Virus record (IMG/VR): IMGVR_UViG_3300020045_005093
Coordinates: 1 to 36,394 of that record
DNA: 36,394 nt
Strand: one strand, 5' to 3'
Source of the DNA: a virus
Taxonomy: Duplodnaviria > Caudoviricetes
Part shown: in pieces, positions 17,419-24,162 of the stretch
Numbering within the stretch: position 1 is the first letter of the stretch
How the letters are laid out: every line of letters begins with the position of its first letter
Notes under the pieces: model-generated
Seen by the model: the letters and a program-made list of their open reading frames with translations, nothing else
Told to the model about the DNA's origin: nothing
Databases searched by the model: none
Position numbers and translations under genes: made by a program

Positions 17419-17555
17419 ATTTTTTCTTCGCTTAATGTTCTAGGAACGTAAACTTGCTTCTTATAAATACTAGCTGGTTCTCGGTGTTCAATTAACGCCT
17501 CCCTCTTTTCTTCACGGGTTAACTGTTCCCATTGTTCGTTAGTTAGTTTGTTCAT
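17415..17555 (-). CDS. small hypothetical protein (46 aa)
   Basis: Hand-translated MNKLTNEQWEQLTREEKREAL...; ATGA coupling. Confidence 0.55.
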   Translation of the reverse strand: MNKLTNEQWEQLTREEKREALIEHREPASIYKKQVYVPRTLSEEKI

Positions 17556-17556
17556 A

Positions 17557-17730
17557 TTACCAATATAAATTATATAATCTTAAATACTCATCCTCGCTTA
17601 TCCAGTTCTTAGAGTACCACCATCTAATCAGGTCAAGCATTTTTATTAGTTCTACAACAGTTGGCTTTTCAGCTTCTTCTCTTAGTTCTTCTAAATTTTC
17701 GTTCCAAATATCATTGATTTTGTGGCTCAT
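17557..17730 (-). CDS. small hypothetical protein (57 aa)
   Basis: Hand-translated MSHKINDIWNENLEELREEAE...; GAGGAGG RBS. Confidence 0.6.
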   Translation of the reverse strand: MSHKINDIWNENLEELREEAEKPTVVELIKMLDLIRWWYSKNWISEDEYLRLYNLYW

Positions 17731-17861
17731 TTTGCCTCCTCATAAAGATATTTGAATAAGTCAAATTCTTTTACTTCTTCCATATATTCATTCTCAAAAC
17801 TAGCTTTGTCTACCAGTTTTTGGACTAATTCGTGGTTATATTTTTTGATTGTTTCGTTCAT
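17727..17861 (-). CDS. small hypothetical protein (44 aa)
   Basis: Hand-translated MNETIKKYNHELVQKLVDKASF...; ATGA coupling. Confidence 0.55.
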   Translation of the reverse strand: MNETIKKYNHELVQKLVDKASFENEYMEEVKEFDLFKYLYEEAK

Positions 17862-17862
17862 A

Positions 17863-18099
17863 TTATTGAATATCATTATTACTTAATGTTCTAGCTTCTT
17901 TTAAACTGTCTAAGTCCATTAAACATTGGACTCTGCTATTCCACACGCTCAGGTAGCTTTCTGCGTGTCGGCTTACTACCGGGGTTTGTAGCGTGTAGTT
18001 AGAAATAAAGAGTTTAACTATCACCGCTGTCATTAGAAGAAAAAGTAATTGGTACTTTATTCTCCATAACTTATTTAGACACCATCTTATTACAAACAT
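17863..18099 (-). CDS. hypothetical membrane-anchored protein
   Basis: ORF track; one hydrophobic segment. Confidence 0.55.
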   Translation of the reverse strand: MFVIRWCLNKLWRIKYQLLFLLMTAVIVKLFISNYTLQTPVVSRHAESYLSVWNSRVQCLMDLDSLKEARTLSNNDIQ

Positions 18100-18257
18100 A
18101 TTTTTCCTTTCGGCTTGCTATTTTGGCAAGCTATTACGCACCTTTTTGTTTAATTTGGGGGCTATTAGCACAATCTTCAAGTTATTTGTAGGATTTGCTT
18201 TTAAGCCCCCTGGCTATATTCGTACCCCAAGTCTGTCGGCTGAGGGTAGATTTAAGC

Positions 18258-18419
18258 TTAAATTTTGCCCTGTGGCGCTTCTTTTTCCCGTAAGTAGGTT
18301 TGTATCACCTGGTAGACATAACTCTTGCTCACGCCCAGTATTTTCGCAATCTCGCCATAACTGGGGTGTACCTGCTTTACCTTTTCATATTCTTTTATAA
18401 CTTCTTCTTTTCTTAGCAT
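18258..18419 (-). CDS. small HTH DNA-binding protein (53 aa), not in ORF track
   Basis: Hand-translated MLRKEEVIKEYEKVKQVHPSYGEIAKILGVSKSYVYQVIQTYL...; EIAxxLGVSxxxV HTH signature. Confidence 0.8.
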   Translation of the reverse strand: MLRKEEVIKEYEKVKQVHPSYGEIAKILGVSKSYVYQVIQTYLREKEAPQGKI

Positions 18420-18425
18420 AATTGT

Positions 18426-18454
18426 ATTGTACTCCTATTAAAAACATCTGTCAA
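18426..18454 (-). promoter_or_regulatory. sigma70 promoter TTGACA-17-TACAAT, probably leaderless start at the HTH ATG
   Basis: -35 at 18449-18454, -10 at 18426-18431, only 6 nt to ATG at 18419. Confidence 0.85.
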
Positions 18455-18463
18455 GTGTACGAT

Positions 18464-18501
18464 TGTGGATAACCCCTCATTTATCATTATTAGTATCCAC
18501 A
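18464..18501. promoter_or_regulatory. inverted pair of DnaA-box-like 9-mers
   Basis: TGTGGATAA at 18464-18472 (consensus) and GTATCCACA at 18493-18501 (one mismatch). Confidence 0.55.
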
Positions 18502-18521
18502 GCCCCTCATATTGGTAATTA

Positions 18522-18683
18522 CTAGAAGTTAGTTTTCAAAAGGGGGTATTCTTTTTCTACTTCTGCCTTTGTCATTAGCTGTTTAACAATCATATAATCA
18601 GCGTCTTGTAATTCTGGAACTTCAATATCAGGCAAACTATCGTCATCTGACTTTCTGTAAAATTTTCGTTCTAGTAGTTTCAT
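18522..18683 (-). CDS. small hypothetical protein (53 aa)
   Basis: Hand-translated MKLLERKFYRKSDDDSLPDIEVPELQDADY... Confidence 0.6.
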   Translation of the reverse strand: MKLLERKFYRKSDDDSLPDIEVPELQDADYMIVKQLMTKAEVEKEYPLLKTNF

Positions 18684-18948
18684 AGTCTTTTAGTTATCTG
18701 CTTAGAAATGGGGTGCTTCCCAAAAATTAGTAAGTTTACTTTTATCAAAAAACAAGACTTCGTATTTTCTATGCCAGCCAAATTTAGCCATTAGTTTAGT
18801 AAACCAGCTCAATCCTTTAGGCAACGCTTTTTCTTCCATTTTATGAATAAAAGTAGCCGCTTTTTTTAAATCTTCCATTGTTACTATGGGAGTATTTAAG
18901 TTTGTTGTAGTTGTTTGGTTCATAGTCTTTTAGTTATCTGTTAGAAAT
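18679..18948. repeat. direct repeat (22 bp identical plus 8 bp after a 1-nt indel) at 18679-18709 and 18919-18948
   Basis: ttcatagtcttttagttatctg(c)ttagaaat occurs twice, each copy containing a gene start. Confidence 0.9.
18702..18923 (-). CDS. hypothetical protein
   Basis: ORF track; lies exactly between the direct repeats. Confidence 0.7.
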   Translation of the reverse strand: MNQTTTTNLNTPIVTMEDLKKAATFIHKMEEKALPKGLSWFTKLMAKFGWHRKYEVLFFDKSKLTNFWEAPHF

Positions 18949-19802
18949 TAAAATAAAGTTTGTAAAGAATTATCAATTTTTTTAATATGGTCAACTAATT
19001 TAATACCAGCTTCATAAGTTAATTTACTATAATAATATTTCCTATTATTGTATTCTACTTCAAAATAAGATTTACCTAATTTATAAAACATATATTTAAT
19101 TGCATTTTCAATATAATGAAGATTTTTTGCAGTATCTTGTTTCCAATCAATCTCAGTCAGTCCTTTTTCATAAATTGGGTAAGGTAATTCCCGCAATCTA
19201 ATCTTGCATTTTTTATCTAGTAAGTAAATATATCGGTATGTTTTTGTGCTAAATTTCTTAAATTGCCCATTTATCATTAATAGGTTATTTGTTATTACTA
19301 ATGGACGAGTAGAATTGTGAAATATTTGTTCGTGATAAACTTTTCCAGTTTTAGTATCTTCAAAAAATTCCGTTTCATGATAGCCATAGTATTTAAAGTT
19401 AGATGCTTTATAAATCGTACCACAACCCAATCTCCCATCTGCAAAAGATTGTATTATTTTAATATCATAGTTAGCTTTTATACTTTTTAAGCAAAGAGCA
19501 ATAAAAGCACTCTCGCTATTTTTCCCTAAACAGTCGTCAATCCATAATCTGTTTAATTCAAGTATCTGGTCTTTAGTAATGTCTTCAGAAAGTTTATTAA
19601 ATGATTTAGGGACTTTTAGACTTCCAAAACTAGCTACTCCCAAAAGTTTATTATCAACATATAAGCCATAATTTATTTTCCCAAAAGTATGATACCAAGT
19701 TTTTGAATAATGATTTTTCTTAATAAGTGCTTTTGCCAAACTTTTAGACATCTCCTTAGCTATAAATAATCCGTACTTTGTAATTTTTTCATAAATTTGC
19801 AT
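18948..19802 (-). CDS. Mom-family (GNAT-fold) DNA adenine-modification enzyme
   Basis: IKKNHYS, LELNRLW, NSESAFI, IQSFAD, GTIYKASNFKYYG, YRYIYLL. Confidence 0.8.
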   Translation of the reverse strand: MQIYEKITKYGLFIAKEMSKSLAKALIKKNHYSKTWYHTFGKINYGLYVDNKLLGVASFGSLKVPKSFNKLSEDITKDQILELNRLWIDDCLGKNSESAFIALCLKSIKANYDIKIIQSFADGRLGCGTIYKASNFKYYGYHETEFFEDTKTGKVYHEQIFHNSTRPLVITNNLLMINGQFKKFSTKTYRYIYLLDKKCKIRLRELPYPIYEKGLTEIDWKQDTAKNLHYIENAIKYMFYKLGKSYFEVEYNNRKYYYSKLTYEAGIKLVDHIKKIDNSLQTLF

Positions 19803-19859
19803 TATAAGTCGTCTTATTTATCATTTCGCTTAAAATCATGTTTAGCTTTTAGTAGGTCT

Positions 19860-20156
19860 TTAAATCTTACGCTTTTTATGTTTTTTTAAATAACTATTTT
19901 CTATAACATCAACCAATGCCTCAACAATATTACTTGCAATGTTGTAATCTAGTAAATTTAAAGGCGTTCTTTTTCCACCCATAGACTTAATTAAATCCGA
20001 ACTTGGCAATCTCACCATAGCTTTATAACCCAAAACGTCAACAGCAACCTCAGGACTTTCACCAATAAAATCTTTTACCTGAACCTTAACAAGCCTGTCC
20101 GCCACCACTCTTTGAATGTATGTAATAAAAATATCTGGGCTTGGGTGTTTCTTCAT
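19860..20156 (-). CDS. hypothetical protein
   Basis: ORF track; ATGA coupling. Confidence 0.65.
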   Translation of the reverse strand: MKKHPSPDIFITYIQRVVADRLVKVQVKDFIGESPEVAVDVLGYKAMVRLPSSDLIKSMGGKRTPLNLLDYNIASNIVEALVDVIENSYLKKHKKRKI

Positions 20157-20305
20157 TTCTTTAACCTTTCAATTAGTTGTTTAATAAAGTTAGTCCAAGT
20201 TAGGTTGCTTTTTAATTTGGCGTTTTTAAACTGTTCCCAGACTTCATCGGAAACCGTAATCTTGTGCGGAGGATAAGCTTCAAACTTCTTTGTTTTCTTA
20301 GGCAT
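20153..20305 (-). CDS. ribbon-helix-helix-like DNA-binding protein
   Basis: MPKKTKK...HKITVSDEVWEQFKNAKLKSNLTWTNFIKQLI; ATG at 20305 preferred. Confidence 0.6.
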   Translation of the reverse strand: MPKKTKKFEAYPPHKITVSDEVWEQFKNAKLKSNLTWTNFIKQLIERLKK

Positions 20306-20307
20306 AT

Positions 20308-20363
20308 CATAATGGGCTACATAATGGGCATTATACTGCTCCCTCAATCATAATTATGATTGA
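20308..20363. promoter_or_regulatory. candidate operator: perfect 20-bp palindrome, TATAAT and two 10-bp direct repeats
   Basis: TCAATCATAATTATGATTGA at 20344-20363; minus-strand TATAAT at 20330-20335; CATAATGGGC at 20308-20317 and 20320-20329. Confidence 0.65.
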
Positions 20364-20561
20364 CCGCATTGTGAGCCTCTTGTTAGAGGAAGGGTAGTCG
20401 GCTCCCCGTCTGTAGTCTTCACTAAGCAGAAGAACTATGAATCGCTGGCTGAGAAACTAAAATCCGCTAATTAAGGGTAAGGTGATTGAGGCACCAAACC
20501 TTTAACTAACGGACTTAAATACTCTGCCTCAATCAGAGTTCGGTTGTATTCAGTTAAATCA

Positions 20562-20590
20562 AGTATAGCACATAAAAATTGTTTTTTCAA
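20562..20590 (-). promoter_or_regulatory. sigma70 promoter TTGAAA-17-TATACT with extended -10 TG
   Basis: -35 at 20585-20590, TGnTATACT with -10 at 20562-20567; DnaA-like ATATCCACA at 20596-20604. Confidence 0.8.
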
Positions 20591-20610
20591 CTCAGATATC
20601 CACAGGGCAA

Positions 20611-20637
20611 GAAAATGCCAGTATAACGCTACTGGCA
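20611..20637 (-). terminator. intrinsic terminator ending the late/lysis transcript
   Basis: 8-bp stem TGCCAGTA/TACTGGCA with 6-nt loop, followed by TTTTCTT. Confidence 0.7.
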
Positions 20638-20686
20638 AGCGTTGCAGGTCTAGGCAATTCCTGCTGCCTGGATTGTAAATCACCCC

Positions 20687-20860
20687 CTAGTTTACCATTA
20701 CCTTTTTTCTTCCGTTCTCGGTGAAGCGGAAAACCAGTTGTTGTTGCGGTTGCTCTTTTGGCTTGTGGTACTTGTGGTACATCTTGCCGTCCACCTCCAC
20801 TAGAGGGTCGCCGTTTTCGGTGTTGCAGAACGCACAGCGTAGTTTCGTTTTCTCAGTCAT
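20687..20860 (-). CDS. small CxxC...HxxH putative Zn-finger protein (57 aa)
   Basis: Hand-translated MTEKTKLRCAFCNTENGDPLVEVDGKMYHKYHKPKEQ... Confidence 0.6.
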   Translation of the reverse strand: MTEKTKLRCAFCNTENGDPLVEVDGKMYHKYHKPKEQPQQQLVFRFTENGRKKVMVN

Positions 20861-20996
20861 CAGTTACATCCTTTTCCATCTCTCCAATCGCCTGTAAAAG
20901 GCAGTCTAAACAACAGGTGAATAAGTCCCCAAGGGTTACCCACTTGGTTCGTTTCTTGCAAAACAAACAGTCGTTCCAATGAACTGCGGTACACAT
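20853..20996 (-). CDS. small CxxC...CxxC Zn-ribbon protein (47 aa)
   Basis: AGGAGGA RBS; MCTAVHWNDCLFCKKRTKWVTLGDLFTCCLDCLLQAIGEMEKDVTDD. Confidence 0.65.
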   Translation of the reverse strand: MCTAVHWNDCLFCKKRTKWVTLGDLFTCCLDCLLQAIGEMEKDVTDD

Positions 20997-21007
20997 TTTG
21001 TCCTCCT

Positions 21008-21137
21008 AAACAAATTACCCTCCAAAGAAGCACCTAGTTTATGTGCGGGCTTTTGGAGGGGTTATCTGTCTACAATCGCTGTCCTGTCGCACGAAAGGTT
21101 ACCCAGTCATCTGCCGTGCGTAAAGGAAAGCTGATTG
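21008..21137 (-). ncRNA. candidate structured leader RNA (two long hairpins)
   Basis: CAAUC..UCCU..CGCACG / CGUGCG..AGGA..GAUUG and AGACAGAU..CCCUCCAAA / UUUGGAGGG..AUUUGUUU with G-U pairs. Confidence 0.45.
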
Positions 21138-21317
21138 CTAAGGTTTAAGGTTCTCGCTAAAGCGGTCTGCTGTGCGGACAAACACACTGCCAAGAAGAAC
21201 TAAGGTAACTCCATCCGAAACTTCTTTGCTCACAATGCCTTGAGTGTAAAGGAACTGGACAATCGCCGTCGCAAGAAGTTTGTAAAAACGCATACTCTTT
21301 AAAAATTTAAAATCCAT
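21138..21317 (-). CDS. putative holin (59 aa), not in ORF track
   Basis: Hand-translated MDFKFLKSMRFYKLLATAIVQFLYTQGIVSKEVSDGVTLVLLGSVFVRTADRFSENLKP; two hydrophobic segments, charged tail, next to the CHAP gene. Confidence 0.6.
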   Translation of the reverse strand: MDFKFLKSMRFYKLLATAIVQFLYTQGIVSKEVSDGVTLVLLGSVFVRTADRFSENLKP

Positions 21318-21739
21318 ATATATCCTATTATCCTATCGTCATTTAATTGTAAAGTTCTTATTCCTGCTCTCTCAGAGCCTAGTGGTACGTTGGACTCGTA
21401 AATTATTACTTCGGTGTCCGTAAAGGAAAGCACCACTCCAACATGTCCCCACTTACTCTCATTTGTTATTATTACTGCTCCGACTTCGGGTGTGTCCGAA
21501 TTGCTTTCATTATTCTTCGCCAAACCCTTGATTTGGTCGCTTCCCAGTCCGAGGAAGTTTCTAACGGCCACAGTACATTGGCCTTGTTTCGTGCCGACCA
21601 GGCGTTTAGCTTTTTCCGTAAGTCTCCAGGAGTAGTATTGTTGTTCGCTTGTTTCATTTGTAAGATATTCTATTGTTTCTACTGGTTGTAGACTCACCAC
21701 TTTCTTCGGGAAAGCCATTAAGCTAATGCCTAACCCCAA
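21299..21739 (-). CDS. CHAP-domain peptidoglycan hydrolase (true start uncertain)
   Basis: GQCTVAVR (Cys), PEVGAVI, WGHVGVV (His), IYESN, IIGYI. Confidence 0.85.
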   Translation of the reverse strand: MGLGISLMAFPKKVVSLQPVETIEYLTNETSEQQYYSWRLTEKAKRLVGTKQGQCTVAVRNFLGLGSDQIKGLAKNNESNSDTPEVGAVIITNESKWGHVGVVLSFTDTEVIIYESNVPLGSERAGIRTLQLNDDRIIGYIWILNF

Positions 21740-21819
21740 AAGTAATAAGCCCTTTAAAAATTTCGCATTTATCCTCTAAACGCTTGTAGTGCCTCCCTCC
21801 GGCGTTTTCCAGCGTTTAC

Positions 21820-22599
21820 TTATAAACCTGAAACTTCTTTAGGTTTTGTGTAGTCAATATTCCCTGTGTTGTCTAAAATATCTATTCCGAAGTTTAGAGC
21901 CTTATCTTTAATGGCTTCCTCGTTAGTAGCCGGAATATAGAAACCATACTCTGCTGTCCCTTGCTTGTGGACAAATTGTGTATTAGACATTGAAACTCCT
22001 TTCAAAATAATTTTACACACCGTGTGGATACTCTTTTGGGGTTTTACATACGGAACGTAAGAGTCAAATTCTTCCGTAAGGTTAATCATCTCAACTGCGT
22101 GGTAGGGGTTGGTTTTTTCAATAACCATCTGTAAAGGGGCTTGTTTAAGGTCTTTTAGGTAGTCGGTGCTTCCAAATTCATAGCTAATATCAAATTTTTG
22201 GGCTTTAGCGAGGACTTCTGGGGGTATGTCGGCATAATACTCGTCCCAGGTAAAAGAGGCTGGTGTAGGATAATCTGCTTCCAAAACCAACCCATACTTT
22301 CTTATAGTATCTAGGACTTTTTGAATAGAATTGCCTTGCGGTGTCGTCCCCGAAAGTTTGGCTATAAATCGGTCGCTAAAGTTAATCTTTTGTCCTGTCA
22401 GAAACTTGTACTGCGTTTCAAGTACATTGAGTGCAGAAAAGGTGACACACGCCATACTATCAGCATGGTTGGAAAACTGGTTCTCTCCAGGCGGAGTGAA
22501 ATTCCTCCACTCACCTGTAGGGTTAATTACTTCATAAGGCAACGCTCCAGCAAAAAAGTCAGTAGGTTTAGTTTCAATTATAACTCCAAGATTTTTCAT
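21820..22599 (-). CDS. papain-like (C1) cysteine peptidase
   Basis: ENQ...SMACVTFSALN, NFSDRFIA, IRKYGLV, YHAVEM, FDSY. Confidence 0.75.
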   Translation of the reverse strand: MKNLGVIIETKPTDFFAGALPYEVINPTGEWRNFTPPGENQFSNHADSMACVTFSALNVLETQYKFLTGQKINFSDRFIAKLSGTTPQGNSIQKVLDTIRKYGLVLEADYPTPASFTWDEYYADIPPEVLAKAQKFDISYEFGSTDYLKDLKQAPLQMVIEKTNPYHAVEMINLTEEFDSYVPYVKPQKSIHTVCKIILKGVSMSNTQFVHKQGTAEYGFYIPATNEEAIKDKALNFGIDILDNTGNIDYTKPKEVSGL

Positions 22600-22600
22600 A

Positions 22601-22951
22601 TTATTTATTTATTACCAAATAAACTAAAGCGGTTATTACAGCGGTTAAAATAATCCCTGCCATTCCAAAGACTAAATTTTCAACGACCGAATACTTACCG
22701 TCTTTCCCTACATATTTAACGTCAGCGTCTTTGGTGTTCTGCATTTGGGACATTGAGATAGCTATATTTTTAACTGCGGTTGACACCTCTTTAACGGCTT
22801 CTTTAATTTCTAGCTGTCCTTCGTGTAAATCTAAAACACTTTTACAAAGAAGGGGTATACGTGCCACCACAGCGTTCATTTTACTCTCGTCATCTTTGTC
22901 AATAGTTTTTCTTAAGAGGCTTATTAATTCCTCACTATTTTCAGTAGACAT
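22601..22951 (-). CDS. holin-like or membrane-anchored coiled-coil protein
   Basis: Coiled coil plus C-terminal TM (LVFGMAGIILTAVITALVYLV), upstream of the peptidase. Confidence 0.55.
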   Translation of the reverse strand: MSTENSEELISLLRKTIDKDDESKMNAVVARIPLLCKSVLDLHEGQLEIKEAVKEVSTAVKNIAISMSQMQNTKDADVKYVGKDGKYSVVENLVFGMAGIILTAVITALVYLVINK

Positions 22952-23117
22952 AAGCGGTTGTCATTCCGAACTTATCGTAAAGTTCTAAATACCTTTCCAA
23001 AGTGATAAGTTCACTTTTTAATAAGTTATTCCCTTTTTTATCTACATATTTAAGAACGTGGGTATACCCGTTTTCCGTCTTACTTATTGCTTCAGCTTTT
23101 AAAGTGTAGTTTTTCAA
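22941..23117 (-). CDS. small hypothetical protein (58 aa, TTG start)
   Basis: Hand-translated MKNYTLKAEAISKTENGYTHVLKYVDKKG...; TTGA overlap with the upstream stop. Confidence 0.5.
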   Translation of the reverse strand: MKNYTLKAEAISKTENGYTHVLKYVDKKGNNLLKSELITLERYLELYDKFGMTTAYVY

Positions 23118-23758
23118 GTTCCTATTCCTAATAATGGTAAGTTCTTTGTTGTGGATAAAGGGGCTATGGCAGCTTGTATCCCTACAGAAACCGAATTACC
23201 AACTAAGTAAGTGGTCATTGTTGTGCTTCCTGCGGGAGTGATAGCTCCTCCTGTATCTGAGATAGCTCCCCCAAAATTAGGGTCAGAAGCCCTAAAGGTT
23301 GTGTTTGCTCCGTCGCTTTGACGTGGAAAAGTACCCCAAGCCCAAACTATCCAAGAATTATCTGTTACTGTTGTTATAGATTGACTCAGAATTGAACTGG
23401 AAGCCGTCCTAATACTTGAAACTGCGTTTATATTATTAACTCCTGAATAAGAAGTTGAAACTGCGTACTTAGCATTTGCCCCCGCATCACTTGTTCTTAT
23501 AACTATATTATTTGCACCTGTTGGTGGGTTTAATAAACTAAACAATTCTATATTAGTAGTGGCTGTTGAAACCTTAGCATTAACACTACTCATTGTATTA
23601 CCAGCATAAGTAACACTCATTACCGAATTTTGAGGAAAATTAGTGGCTACTTCCGCAAACAAAACTAAACTTGACCCAGTACACGTATGGGCATAGGTCA
23701 AAATTGACGAACCGTCATTATTCCCTGCTTGTGCTTGTGCATCAAAAGCAATTGGCAT
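23114..23758 (-). CDS. Ser/Thr-rich beta-sandwich virion accessory protein
   Basis: IAFDA...TYAHTCTGS...VTYAG...PPTGANNIV; structural-module context. Confidence 0.6.
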   Translation of the reverse strand: MPIAFDAQAQAGNNDGSSILTYAHTCTGSSLVLFAEVATNFPQNSVMSVTYAGNTMSSVNAKVSTATTNIELFSLLNPPTGANNIVIRTSDAGANAKYAVSTSYSGVNNINAVSSIRTASSSILSQSITTVTDNSWIVWAWGTFPRQSDGANTTFRASDPNFGGAISDTGGAITPAGSTTMTTYLVGNSVSVGIQAAIAPLSTTKNLPLLGIGT

Positions 23759-24162
23759 TAAATTAAATCAATAAATGATAAATCAAAACTAGCTTGTAAA
23801 GACGCAAGAGCATCTATATAAATTTGGTCTTTATCAGTCATTAAACCTAATTGAATTGCCCTTTGGCATGAACGAACCCGCCTTAAAGCTGCCATAAAAG
23901 CTTCTTGAGTAGTCGCTGGATTAGAAGTAGGGGTAAAAGCTCCTAAAGGAATTTGAATATCCAAATTCTCACTAGCTTGCAATCCTCCCAAACGGGCTTT
24001 AATTCTTTCATTGACGATATCTAGACTTCCTCCGGTCATGTCAAAAGATTCATTAAACATTTCATTACCATTTGAAAAAACCACATTTAAAATCAAGACT
24101 CCTTTATTATAATTTTTACTCTCAATAGTTGATGTCCACATATATTTAATTAGCTGGGACAA
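23758..24162 (-). CDS. hypothetical protein (tail region)
   Basis: ORF track. Confidence 0.65.
   Translation of the reverse strand: MSQLIKYMWTSTIESKNYNKGVLILNVVFSNGNEMFNESFDMTGGSLDIVNERIKARLGGLQASENLDIQIPLGAFTPTSNPATTQEAFMAALRRVRSCQRAIQLGLMTDKDQIYIDALASLQASFDLSFIDLI

Noticed and set aside
14858-18948. CRISPR array or att sites from the direct repeats
   Set aside because: Only two copies each, separated by whole genes; no cas or integrase gene in the window
20471-20683. 70-aa minus-strand ORF with GTG start
   Set aside because: It runs across a terminator, a strong promoter and inverted repeats, so the region is better read as regulatory
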